The translations under genes were made by a program, and so were the position numbers. DNA of 64,000 nt from a virus. The notes beneath the pieces were generated by a model. It was not told the origin of the DNA. It ran no database searches and saw nothing but the letters and a program-made list of their open reading frames with translations. Positions 21,088 to 31,352 of this stretch are shown here, piece after piece; the stretch's first letter is position 1; every line of letters starts with the position of its first letter. The stretch lies in the UHGV virus genome UHGV-1366976. One strand, written 5' to 3'.

Positions 21088-23066
21088 ACAGTAACTCCTT
21101 TAAGTCCCATTTTATAAGCATTAAGATAAATTTGTTTTACAACATCTTTACTTACATCTGAGGCTAAATTAATAGTTGTGCTAATTGAACTAGTAGTATA
21201 TTTTTGGATAATAGCTTGAATCTCTAATCTTGTTTGCCAAGGAATATCTGCTGCTTCATTATTATAATAAGGAGAAGATTTAAAGAGAGTATTAGTCATA
21301 CTCTTAGATAGTTCATTAAACTTCTTTCCAGTTGTTATTTCACAGAATTTCTGGAATCCTTTATGAGCAACTGTAAATACTTTAAATTTCTCTTTAGTAT
21401 TAGGATCTATAAAATCATATTTTTCATCAAAAGCATTTACTTTAACTCTTCTATCATACAATGTTTTAAATACTGGTTCTATACCACTAGTAGTTTGAGT
21501 TAGTAATGATCCTGATCCAACTGGAGCAACAGTACTTAATGAAACATTTCTTCTTCCTAGTTCTTTCATTCTGGAAACTAGTTTAGGATAATTATTTATT
21601 AAAAATTCATACCATTGATTACTAGGTTTATCTTCAGGATATTCTAAATTATAATCATAGTCTAAGAAAGTTCCTCTAAGATAAGCTAAATCTATACTAG
21701 CTTCTAATTCAGCTTTAAACTTAGTTTCCATAATAGATTCTACTAGATAATGAGAATCTTTAAATGATAGATTCATTGCAGCAATAGTATCTCCTAAAGC
21801 TGTGAATCCACATCCAATTCTTCTACCTTTTCTAGCTGCATCAAGAACTCTTTTCCAAAGTTCTATTTCACTTTTAGCATCTGAATGATTGATTATATTT
21901 TCAATATTTTTACATTCCAAATCAATAATATCATCCAGAAAGATTACATGTTCATATGCTATTTTTCTAAATAGTTCATAATCAAATGAGGCTTCACTAG
22001 TAAAAGGATTTTTTACAAATGATAAAAGATTAATATGAGATAATCTACATGAATCAGCATCACCTAATGGCTGTTCTCCACATGGATTAGTTGTAACAGC
22101 TTTTAATCTAGGATATACAGAAGCAGGATCATAATTAATAATATTATCCCATAATAGTATTCCAGGCTCAGCTGTTTTCCAAGCACAATCAATAATTAAA
22201 TCTAACAATTCATTTGCTTTTACCTTTTTAAAATAAGATTTTCCTGCATAATATAACTTATTATATTCAAAATCTTTAGAATTCCAATTAATAAATTCTC
22301 CTAATCTTGAATTAATAGGCCATTTTAGTAACCAATCTTCATTTTTTTGAGCAGCTGTTACTAAATTTCTACATAATTTCACAGAAATATTAGCTCCTGT
22401 AACTTTAGTTAAATCTTGTTTTATTGTAACAAATTCAGATATATCTGGATGAATATCTGACATACATAACATTAATGCTCCTCTTCTTCCATTTTGACCT
22501 ATAGTTTTAACATCTGTAGAATATAATTCCATAAAACTAGGAGCTCCTGTACTTGTTTTAGAAGCATTATTTACCATAGCTCCATTAGGTCTTAAATGAT
22601 CAAGATGTGTTCCAACACCACCCCTTCTCATAAATAAATAAGCCATCTCTTTGCCTTTATCCATAATGCTTTCCATTTTGTCTTTTGGTCCTTCAATACC
22701 AAAACAATTAGCTAGAGAAACATTATTAGCTTTACCTAGAGATGCCATAATAGATCCTCCTGGTACAATATATTTAAAATTTTTAAATAATTGAAACCAT
22801 TTATCTCTGATTTGATAATCATTAGACTCACATAGATCTCTTACATAATTTCTACCTAGATCAGAAAGTTTATCTATATTTATTTTTTTATTTACTAATT
22901 CTTTTTGATACTTTCTTTCTATAAGAGCAATATTATAAGCTAACCTCTGATGCATATTATCAGGTGTTTTTTCATCTTCACCTGCATATTTAGATAAAAA
23001 TACTTTAGCTGCTAATTCATCTCCTTCAAAATATTTCACACTACACTCTTCAGCTGTTTTCTTCAT
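21088..23066 (-). CDS. nrdJ: Class II ribonucleotide reductase NrdJ, exon 1
   Basis: Active-site loop TNPCGEQPLG (class II NPCGE signature), large alpha/beta-barrel-sized ORF. The ORF stops abruptly inside the conserved KGVTVYRDGSR motif. Confidence 0.7.
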
Positions 23067-23067
23067 A

Positions 23068-23598
23068 TCAATTAAAATTTAATTTTTTTCTAATATTTTC
23101 ATCAAAAGATAGATCCATATCTCTAAGATAATTAAACTTCTCTTCAGTAAGATCTATTTTAATTTTGTCTAAATCAGAAGGTACTACATAAAAACTTGCT
23201 CTGATTTTATTTTTTTCATTTTCATCTGTAGTCCAGATATATTTTAATTTAAGAAAATCTAAATCCTTTTTAGGTTTATATTCTTTTAAGATAATATTCT
23301 TAGCATCATCAGAGAATTCTTCTATTCTATCTTTATGAAATAGATTAATTTCTCTAATAAATTCTCTAGGCATATCAAAAGAATAAATCACACTATTACC
23401 ATTATCAAGATGTTTCTTAAATAATTCATGGTTAGTTAAATAATCTTCATATTTTAAAAAAGCATTACTAGAATCAAACTTATAATGCAAAAGTAGATAA
23501 GAACCTACATATGTTACTTTAGTTAATAATTCTGGAAATTGTATTTTTACTTTTGTTGCTAATAATGGTAATAATAATTTTCTAGCTGCACTATTCAT
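23068..23598 (-). CDS. Hypothetical protein
   Basis: 176-aa ORF, no motif recognised. Confidence 0.4.
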   Translation of the reverse strand: MNSAARKLLLPLLATKVKIQFPELLTKVTYVGSYLLLHYKFDSSNAFLKYEDYLTNHELFKKHLDNGNSVIYSFDMPREFIREINLFHKDRIEEFSDDAKNIILKEYKPKKDLDFLKLKYIWTTDENEKNKIRASFYVVPSDLDKIKIDLTEEKFNYLRDMDLSFDENIRKKLNFN

Positions 23599-24652
23599 CT
23601 TCCCCTCTTACTTGTTTATCATTTATTATATAACAACCTTCTTTATTTATGAAATCATAACTAACATCAAAAATTTGAGACTCATAATGCCATTCAATTT
23701 CCTTTATTAGTTGTTTAAGTCCTTTTTGTTTATATTCAGATCTTCCTATATAAAAACCATTTTCAAATGCAGAAATTCTATCTTTTTCTACAGTTAATAC
23801 AGTAGGAATTGTTGCTCCTGTTGAAGGCATATAAACAAAAACAAAATCTAAGATTTCATAATCTTGATATTGGTCATCATTTTTTATAATTTCTTCAAGC
23901 ATTTTATAATATAAAGTAGCTTGAATCCAATACCTGAATTTCCAGAATTGATCTACAAATTCATCTGATTTAACACTTCCAGTTTTTAAATCTATTATCT
24001 GGAAAGTTTTATTAACATGATCTACTACTAGTCTATCAAATGCACCTTTAACTTTAGATCCATTATAATCAGTAATAAGATCTACTTGATTAAATCCTTC
24101 TTGTCCTTCTAACAAGTTGAACCATTGCTGAGTTTTTGGAGAAGTTTTAATAGTTTCTACAATTTTCTCTGCAGTTGTCCACATAAATGGAGTTATTAAA
24201 ATAGAATCTTTATTCTGTAAAATAAAATCTAAATAATCTTTATATTTCCATACAGCTGCTGCCTTAGTTGCAGGCTTCCATGTTTTATAAAAATCTTTTT
24301 GTGCAAAGAATTCCAGTATAATCTCATCTGTTAACTGTTCTCCTGTTTTATTGATAAAATCTACACATTTATTAATAATTTCAGAAATACTACCAGAAGG
24401 CAATTCTCCATTATAATTATTAATTTTATATTTGTATAAATTTTGAGGAGATAATAACATATCATCTACTAATTTACCAAATATGATGTAAGATTTACCA
24501 TCAAGATCTTTCTTTGTTATTAAAGAAATAGGACCATCTTTATCATAAGATGCTATCTTAGAATAAGATAATGCCTTAGTTTCTCTAAATTCTTGTTCAC
24601 TACAACTTAATCTGAAATTTTCCATTGATCTACTTTTATCCAAACACCACAA
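23591..24652 (-). CDS. PD-(D/E)XK nuclease, RecB/Cas4-like family
   Basis: Motifs GAFDRLVVD ... QIIDLKTGS (D...ExK core) and C-terminal QATLYYKML (QxxxY, RecB nuclease motif). Confidence 0.55.
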   Translation of the reverse strand: MWCLDKSRSMENFRLSCSEQEFRETKALSYSKIASYDKDGPISLITKKDLDGKSYIIFGKLVDDMLLSPQNLYKYKINNYNGELPSGSISEIINKCVDFINKTGEQLTDEIILEFFAQKDFYKTWKPATKAAAVWKYKDYLDFILQNKDSILITPFMWTTAEKIVETIKTSPKTQQWFNLLEGQEGFNQVDLITDYNGSKVKGAFDRLVVDHVNKTFQIIDLKTGSVKSDEFVDQFWKFRYWIQATLYYKMLEEIIKNDDQYQDYEILDFVFVYMPSTGATIPTVLTVEKDRISAFENGFYIGRSEYKQKGLKQLIKEIEWHYESQIFDVSYDFINKEGCYIINDKQVRGEDE

Positions 24653-25005
24653 TTCTCCTTATCAACAGAATACCATTTTCCTTCAATTTTATAAGGGACA
24701 AAGAAAACTTGATTCATATTATCATCTTCAATCCATCCATTTTTAACTAGTAAATCTGCAATAAATTGGGTTAGATTATGAAAATCACATCTTCTTTTAC
24801 TATCCCTAACAAAATGAAGTCTAATAAACAAAGGTTTGTCTATTTCTCCTACATATTCTCTAAATTCTTTTGACTTTTCAACAAAAATATCCTTTGTAGC
24901 TTTCTCATATTTAAAACAAAGAGGAGACTTAATTAAAAGCCCACTCTTTGTCATCATTCTAGAATTTTTGCTACTAGGAACATTACCTGGTATAAAAATT
25001 TCCAT
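24607..25005 (-). CDS. RusA-like Holliday junction resolvase
   Basis: IPGNVPSSKNSR parallels RusA LPWPPSNNRY. RCDFHNL...GWIEDDNMNQV parallels RusA RRDLDNL...GFWLDDAQVV. Confidence 0.55.
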   Translation of the reverse strand: MEIFIPGNVPSSKNSRMMTKSGLLIKSPLCFKYEKATKDIFVEKSKEFREYVGEIDKPLFIRLHFVRDSKRRCDFHNLTQFIADLLVKNGWIEDDNMNQVFFVPYKIEGKWYSVDKENCGVWIKVDQWKISD

Positions 25006-26409
25006 TTATTTTACTAATTCAATTTGTTTGTAATCATATGAATAAGCAAAATCATCTAGAATTTCAATGAATCCACATCTGTCTCCATAAGAGATTTGAT
25101 GTTGTACTACCATTTTCATTCTATGGGAAATATAAGATAATAAATAGTCTACAATTGTTCTATCCTTAAAACAACTAGAAATAATAGAATTAAGATCTAC
25201 TTTAAGTTTATCACTAGAAGCACTCTTAATAATTTCATCCTGATGATTTAGCAAATACCACACTAGGGAATTACAAATATATACCCAGGGAATTACTTTA
25301 TACTTATTTAATGTTGGAGTATGAATTCTAAATTCAATAGTCTTTGCTCCACCAAAAATAAGATTTACAAGATTTACCCATTTGTATCTAGCATGTACTT
25401 CCCATTTTCTATTACCATCTCTATCATGTGGATGATTTGCTCCAAATCCTTCAAATACAAAACCTGGAGTTTCAGCATACATATCAAACAATTGTTTAAA
25501 TTGTTTTTCTACACTAAGAGTATTATCACAAGCATTTTTAGCTAATTTTTTACAATAATCTTTATCTCCCTTCTTAAAAGAGGAAGATGCTGTCATCATT
25601 GAGGGAAACATGGCTAAAATTTGAGGCTCTAATGCTTTAAAATAATGATATGCTGCAACAACAAGTGTTTTATCTACAGTAGGAACTCCTACATGAACAT
25701 GAAGAGAACATTGATGGTCAATATCACAATAATTTTGCAACATTTCACAAGTCTCATGTAATACACCAATACCTTCTTTGCCTTTAAGAGGAATTGTAGC
25801 ATATTCATTTCCTGTTATTGAACCATCTTTTAAAGGAATTAATCCTAGTCTAGCACATTCTGATTGTGGCACTGAACCAGAACATGTTTCAAATTCTATT
25901 CCAAAAGTTAAATTTGGAAGGTTAAACATACCAATTCTATTGGGAGTGTAATTGTCAGAATGGTATTTTTTAAAATCCTCTAATAAAAATTTAGCTCCAT
26001 AGTTATTTGGGAAATCATACATCCAAGAATATTTTCTATTTCTAATAGGTGTTTTATAGTTATTTCCCATACTAAGTTTCCCATTATACTTATAGATAAG
26101 ATTTTTAGGATTAATATACATATCTGGATCAACTTCCAAGAATCCAACTTCTTTTAAATATTTCTTGTCAAATACAGTAATTACAATTCCAAGAATATTT
26201 ACAGAAGCATTTTTAGCATAATTTCTACTAAAGAAACCATAATAATATTGTTGAGATAAAGGATCAAAATTTACAACTCCATAAATAAGAGAAGAAACAG
26301 AACTTCTCATCTCTTTTTTCTCAAAATCATAATATCTACTTCTACTAGGAGCAGTTTGAGTTAAGAAATAATGAACTCCTTCTTCTACATTAAAATCATT
26401 CTTAAACAT
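25006..26409 (-). CDS. Glutamine-synthetase-like amidoligase (COOH-NH2 ligase), copy 1
   Basis: Amidoligase motifs GIEFETCSG (GxExE), SLHVHVGV (HxH) and TIEFRIHT (ExR), 467 aa. Confidence 0.5.
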   Translation of the reverse strand: MFKNDFNVEEGVHYFLTQTAPSRSRYYDFEKKEMRSSVSSLIYGVVNFDPLSQQYYYGFFSRNYAKNASVNILGIVITVFDKKYLKEVGFLEVDPDMYINPKNLIYKYNGKLSMGNNYKTPIRNRKYSWMYDFPNNYGAKFLLEDFKKYHSDNYTPNRIGMFNLPNLTFGIEFETCSGSVPQSECARLGLIPLKDGSITGNEYATIPLKGKEGIGVLHETCEMLQNYCDIDHQCSLHVHVGVPTVDKTLVVAAYHYFKALEPQILAMFPSMMTASSSFKKGDKDYCKKLAKNACDNTLSVEKQFKQLFDMYAETPGFVFEGFGANHPHDRDGNRKWEVHARYKWVNLVNLIFGGAKTIEFRIHTPTLNKYKVIPWVYICNSLVWYLLNHQDEIIKSASSDKLKVDLNSIISSCFKDRTIVDYLLSYISHRMKMVVQHQISYGDRCGFIEILDDFAYSYDYKQIELVK

Positions 26410-26412
26410 AAA

Positions 26413-28218
26413 TTAATCCAGTGTTTTTAAAGTTTTAGTCAAATCTTCAATAATTTCATTAGCTTCTTTAATCAATTCAGAAAGTCCAGTAATGTCTTGA
26501 CATTCTTGTACAAACATTAAAAATTGTTGTTTACATAATTCTACTTGTGCAAAACTTTCACTTTTAAGAGCTAATAATAAATCCTCATAATTATTCTTTA
26601 CATCTTCTTTAAACTCTTCCCAACCTAAGTCACCAAAATAATATTTAATGCATTCAGAAAGTTGGGTAAAATCTGTTCTTAACCATTCAGGACAGAGAAT
26701 ATTTGTTCTGTCAGATTTAAAATTACTATAGTAGTGAGACATACCTACTCTCTTACCTATATCATTAAAATCTGTTTTAGTAGAAAAAGTTTTATAGAAT
26801 TCACTAATTCCTTTAGTAATTAAATAGCTTCTTAAAGTAAATAAAGGACTAAAATAGCCTGTTGGAAATATATTCCCTTTTACTTTAAAATCATATCTAG
26901 TAAAGGCATTCTCTCCTAAATACAAGAAATTCTCAGCAATAAAAGGTGTAATATAATCCACTTTTCCTGTTAAAGTATAAATTTGTTGAGCCATTTTATA
27001 ACAATGAGGATGGATTAGTATACCATCTATAAAGTACACTTTCCAATCTGAAGTATATTTACTTGTAGTTATATATCCTAAAGGAGAACAATTATACACT
27101 CCATTCAATAACTGTTTCTTTTGATAATATCTACCTCTAGCAAATAGAATATTATCACTATTATAATAGCCTTCAGTAGATTCTTTATCTAGATCACTTT
27201 CAAGTTTGGTTTTAGAAGGAACTATTAAAACTGGAATCTTTTTATCTTCCTTCTTAGTATTAAATTTGTTTCCTTCTTTATACCTTTCAGATTCTCTCTC
27301 CCAATATCTCTGATAAGCAACATCATCTTCATAATCATCACCATAACTTCCATAGTTATAATAATCATAACCATAAGCATTGTGATTATGACCAGAATAA
27401 GTGGATACATAAGGTTTCTTTTGAAGACATTCACTCCTATCATAGACAGTTTTACTTACAAGTTTTCCATTTTCAAATTTATATAAAGTATTAGGTTCTA
27501 CAGGAGCTATTCTTTCTTGATCATCTTTAGAATTATCTATAAATGATAAAGATTCTTCTAAAGAAGAAAAATACCAATAATCCTCATCTATATTATACAA
27601 GAACAAAGGTCTTTCTTCATCTGTAGTTGTTGAAGTACTATAAGCTTTAGATTTTCCTCTAAAAATATATACTACATCAACTCCTCTAGAAATCTTTTCT
27701 CTAATATCATAGATAACTATAGCTGCTGCACCAATATATTCAGTTAGGATTTTAAATCCCTCTTTTTTAATTAGTTTAGCTAGAATTTTAGAATCAGTTT
27801 CACCTTTAACTTCTTTGATACCATATTTTTCAGCTAATTCTTCATGATTCTGGAGTGTACCATTATGAATCATTACAAAATCTTCTGTTAAAACATTTTC
27901 TTGTTTTTTTTGTTCTTCTGTTAAAGACTCATTTAATAATACTATGGGTTGAGCATTAGCTTCTGTATGAGCACCTACAGTAGCTTTTCTACAATGTCCT
28001 AAAATAACATTGTTTTCTTTAAATACAGAATCATTTTTATAAGATAAAACTAAATCTCTATAAAGTTTTTTCTTTTCTACTCCATAAAGAACTCTTCCTA
28101 GTAAATACCTTCCACAAGAATCACCACCTCTAGAATCATTAAAAAGTCCTAATACATTAAACTTATCCCAACTAAATCTTTTATTATCTTTTCCAATATA
28201 ACCAAAAAGTCCACACAT
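26413..28218 (-). CDS. Class II (Ntn) glutamine amidotransferase fused to an unknown C-terminal domain
   Basis: N-terminal MCGLFGY (Cys2 nucleophile), GHCRKATVG, MIHNGTL (HNG) and GETDSK. Tyr/Gly/Asp-rich linker GHNHNAYGYDYYNYGSYGDDYEDD. C-terminal ~300 aa has no recognisable motif. Confidence 0.65.
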   Translation of the reverse strand: MCGLFGYIGKDNKRFSWDKFNVLGLFNDSRGGDSCGRYLLGRVLYGVEKKKLYRDLVLSYKNDSVFKENNVILGHCRKATVGAHTEANAQPIVLLNESLTEEQKKQENVLTEDFVMIHNGTLQNHEELAEKYGIKEVKGETDSKILAKLIKKEGFKILTEYIGAAAIVIYDIREKISRGVDVVYIFRGKSKAYSTSTTTDEERPLFLYNIDEDYWYFSSLEESLSFIDNSKDDQERIAPVEPNTLYKFENGKLVSKTVYDRSECLQKKPYVSTYSGHNHNAYGYDYYNYGSYGDDYEDDVAYQRYWERESERYKEGNKFNTKKEDKKIPVLIVPSKTKLESDLDKESTEGYYNSDNILFARGRYYQKKQLLNGVYNCSPLGYITTSKYTSDWKVYFIDGILIHPHCYKMAQQIYTLTGKVDYITPFIAENFLYLGENAFTRYDFKVKGNIFPTGYFSPLFTLRSYLITKGISEFYKTFSTKTDFNDIGKRVGMSHYYSNFKSDRTNILCPEWLRTDFTQLSECIKYYFGDLGWEEFKEDVKNNYEDLLLALKSESFAQVELCKQQFLMFVQECQDITGLSELIKEANEIIEDLTKTLKTLD

Positions 28219-28235
28219 AATATTATTTTAAATAA

Positions 28236-29054
28236 TTAAACCATAGGAATATTAAATGTCTCTACAAGCTGTTTAGCTACTTCTACATTTCCTCCCATAG
28301 CTGCTAAGACTTCATCTTTTAATACATCTATATCAATAGAATCTTCATCGTCATTTAAATATTTATTTACTTCTTCAATAGCTTTAAGAGTATTATTAAA
28401 AGCCCATCTTAGTAGATTATCATCTTTTAAGAAATATCCACTTAATGTTCTGGCTTCTACTCCATATCTACAATGTCTAAAAGACCCAGCTGATCCATAA
28501 ACTCCTCTTCTCTCATTCTTAGGCTCTATTAATACAGAAGGAACTCCAACAAATAGATCAAAGAATTTTACTATAATAATATTTAATGGAGCTACAGGAT
28601 CTTTATATCCTATATGAATGTGCATACCCACAGTCCTCAATGTTCCTGGAAATTCTGCTGGTTTAGGATTAACTTCTCCATCTTTCCAAGCATTATAATC
28701 TTCAGAACATCCAATTTCTTTTGCTTGAGGATGTTGTAAATACTCTTCTTTTAAATGTCCATCAGGTAGATGCAATAATGTTAGATTAGGATCAATTTTA
28801 TTTAGATACTCTTGAATATATCCCTTCATAAAGTTCATATGCTCTACAAATTCATCCACATTATTAGTAGGAGGAATATTAAATTCTGCTAGAATATTAT
28901 CTGTTTGTAAAGCATATCCTTTATCTCCAATAATATAAGGAGCATCTTTAGTACCAGGAATAAAAGGAATTGCAGAGACAATCTCTGCTTTTTCCTTGTT
29001 ATAAATAAATAATTCTGGATCAGATCCAATTAAGATGTTATCTACTCTTTTCAT
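28236..29054 (-). CDS. Glutamine-synthetase-like amidoligase, copy 2
   Basis: IGSDPELF (ExE-type), VGMHIHIGY (HxH) and YGVEARTLSGY (ExR). Confidence 0.45.
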   Translation of the reverse strand: MKRVDNILIGSDPELFIYNKEKAEIVSAIPFIPGTKDAPYIIGDKGYALQTDNILAEFNIPPTNNVDEFVEHMNFMKGYIQEYLNKIDPNLTLLHLPDGHLKEEYLQHPQAKEIGCSEDYNAWKDGEVNPKPAEFPGTLRTVGMHIHIGYKDPVAPLNIIIVKFFDLFVGVPSVLIEPKNERRGVYGSAGSFRHCRYGVEARTLSGYFLKDDNLLRWAFNNTLKAIEEVNKYLNDDEDSIDIDVLKDEVLAAMGGNVEVAKQLVETFNIPMV

Positions 29055-29056
29055 AG

Positions 29057-29785
29057 TTATTTTCTTATAATATTACCATTTCTTAATAATACAGTTACAA
29101 AATTTCCATTTGCTAATACCTGAGCAACTCTAGCTTGAGATTGAGGGACTTCAAAATATTCTCCAGTATCTGGATTCTTTTTCATGAATTTAATAACTTC
29201 ATATAAAGTTCCTCTTTCCAAGGTCATTGTTCCTGTATTATGAGAAAAATAGACTTTTTCTTCTGCTATTTTTTTGTCTTCTTCAGTTTCAACTTCATCA
29301 ACTTCCCATTCTCTAGAAAAAGTTTCTTCATATTCTTCTCTATCAACATATCTCAGATAAGCTTTAAATTCTTCAATTTCAGCATTATCTATAAAAGATA
29401 GTTGAGTATCTCCAAGAGATAATTCTACTTTTCTTTCTCCTGTATCTATTACAATACTTTTTATAGATAATGGATCTAATACACCATTTACAAATTCAAA
29501 TGTCTGTCTAGTTTTAAGATCTTCCATAATAATAGAAGATATTTCAAACTTTTTCTTATATAAAGGATGTTTAGGATTAGTAATTTCTACTGTACAAATT
29601 TTAAAATTTTCTTTTGGAAGAGCTCCTAATACACCATTTACTCTAACAACATTAGATTCTTCAAAAGGTGCTGGTACTAATCTATTGAAGATATCTGCTT
29701 CTTGAGAATATTTATAGCTACTCAAAGCAGAAACTAACATACCTGCTGACAAAGGAGTAACATCTTTAATAACTTGTAAAATCAT
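29057..29785 (-). CDS. Hypothetical protein within amidoligase cluster
   Basis: 242-aa ORF with an acidic stretch EVDEVETEEDKK. No motif recognised. Confidence 0.4.
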   Translation of the reverse strand: MILQVIKDVTPLSAGMLVSALSSYKYSQEADIFNRLVPAPFEESNVVRVNGVLGALPKENFKICTVEITNPKHPLYKKKFEISSIIMEDLKTRQTFEFVNGVLDPLSIKSIVIDTGERKVELSLGDTQLSFIDNAEIEEFKAYLRYVDREEYEETFSREWEVDEVETEEDKKIAEEKVYFSHNTGTMTLERGTLYEVIKFMKKNPDTGEYFEVPQSQARVAQVLANGNFVTVLLRNGNIIRK

Positions 29786-29786
29786 A

Positions 29787-30356
29787 TTAAATTAATCTTT
29801 TTTTTTGAATAAGTGAATTTTGATTTACTGCATTTGTAATAAGAACTTTTGTTGCTTTTTCATATGTTGTATAACATAAGAATTTTTTAAGATCTGTTCT
29901 CCAAGGAACTTCTACTTCTCTATAAGCACAAACAAAGTCATACAAATAATTAGGATCAGGATTCCAAAGATCTTTTTTTAATCTTTTAGTATCTACAGCC
30001 ACTAAATCTGGATAATCTGATTCTATTTGAGATTGATATGTTAATAAAGATTTATCTATATTAGTAACACTTCTAAATGTACCATTATCCATATAATAAC
30101 CTAAACTTATTGTATCTTCTAGTCCACAATTTTCTTCATTATAAACTTTTAAGTTTAGATATTCTACTTTATGTCCATCATAATATAAAGGAGAACATAA
30201 ATCTTTATCTAAAAACATTTTAGTTCTAGAATTATTTGTATAGACCTGGATAAAATCCAGGCCATTATAAATATCTGAGCTTGTTAAACTGTTAAAGATA
30301 GTAAGATCTGTTCTTCTTATTACTGGATTTTTATAAGAAACAATTCTACTAGCCAT
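29787..30356 (-). CDS. Hypothetical protein within amidoligase cluster
   Basis: 189-aa ORF, no motif recognised. Confidence 0.4.
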   Translation of the reverse strand: MASRIVSYKNPVIRRTDLTIFNSLTSSDIYNGLDFIQVYTNNSRTKMFLDKDLCSPLYYDGHKVEYLNLKVYNEENCGLEDTISLGYYMDNGTFRSVTNIDKSLLTYQSQIESDYPDLVAVDTKRLKKDLWNPDPNYLYDFVCAYREVEVPWRTDLKKFLCYTTYEKATKVLITNAVNQNSLIQKKRLI

Positions 30357-31350
30357 TCTGTCTAAAATTAATTTCTTTCCAAGAAAATGATTTAGATTTC
30401 ATATATTCTAGAGAAGACCAGTGTTCTCTCTTATTATCTTCACCTTCTTCTAATTCATAAGCTGCAATCCAATCAAAATATTTAGAATATTTAGCTGCTG
30501 CATATTCAGAATTAGATAGTTCAGGAGCAGTATTTACTTCTAATACATATGGAGAACCATCTTCTGTCACTACAACATCAACAGCTCCAAAATCTAGACC
30601 TAAAGCATTAAGAGCTCCTACACAAGCTCTAGCTAATCTAAGATCATTCTTAGTAGGTTCAGCACCTTCTCTAAGATTTCCAAATTTTCCATAATCATCC
30701 CATCCAATAACTGTCCATGCTTCTGCATTTTGAGCATGATTCCATACTATTTGATTAGGATCTTCTGGTCTAGGTTTCTCTAGCAAAGCAAGAATTTTAC
30801 TATGAGCTACATGAGCTCTAAATTCTTTAACTTTAGGAACAAAATTACTGTAATAGTGATCTTTCTTGTGAACATTATAGTGAGCTAAAAATTCTTCCCA
30901 TGTATTAAAGGTATAAAAGTTTTTACCTTGATGATGAAGTAAAGGTCTTCCAATAATAGGAAATACAACTTTAGATCTATCTGTTTGAGGAGTAATATTT
31001 AATGGACAAGGAATCTCATTCTCAGCAAATAGTTTTCTAGCTAGACTCTTTACTGAAGCATTCTTTACTGCAGAAGAATTATTATAAACAACATTTGCCA
31101 AATCATCTACTTGAATTCTATTTCCCCATTTAATCAAATAAGATTTATCTAATAAAGAATCTATATTCTTAGTTTTAGTCATGGTAATATTACCATTCTC
31201 ATCTTTAGAATATACTTCAAAGATATATCCTTTAGATTTTTTTAATTCTTTTCTAATAACTAGATAAGCATTTGGATTTTTCACTTCTGCAAATACTTTT
31301 TTCATTGAAGGTCTCCCACCTAATCCACACAAAATTACTACTTTTTCCAT
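30349..31350 (-). CDS. ATP-grasp ligase (RimK/glutathione-synthetase-like)
   Basis: FPIIGRPLLHHQGKNF (substrate/ATP loop), GAVDVVVTEDGSPYVLEVNTAPELS (ATP-grasp LEVNxxP motif). Confidence 0.6.
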   Translation of the reverse strand: MEKVVILCGLGGRPSMKKVFAEVKNPNAYLVIRKELKKSKGYIFEVYSKDENGNITMTKTKNIDSLLDKSYLIKWGNRIQVDDLANVVYNNSSAVKNASVKSLARKLFAENEIPCPLNITPQTDRSKVVFPIIGRPLLHHQGKNFYTFNTWEEFLAHYNVHKKDHYYSNFVPKVKEFRAHVAHSKILALLEKPRPEDPNQIVWNHAQNAEAWTVIGWDDYGKFGNLREGAEPTKNDLRLARACVGALNALGLDFGAVDVVVTEDGSPYVLEVNTAPELSNSEYAAAKYSKYFDWIAAYELEEGEDNKREHWSSLEYMKSKSFSWKEINFRQNG

Positions 31351-31352
31351 AT

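Noticed and set aside
27225-27443. - strand ORF MIGVNVFKRN... inside the Gn-AT-II gene (different frame), and similar nested ORFs 12646-12846, 24836-25033, 25321-25545, 31499-31732, 32016-32213, 33479-33732, 36500-36682, 45492-45755, 46994-47215, 55925-56143, 58739-58930, 60270-60476, 63325-63528
   Set aside because: All lie within longer, motif-supported ORFs, in alternative frames or antisense. Hydrophobic and low-complexity composition expected from AT-rich DNA.
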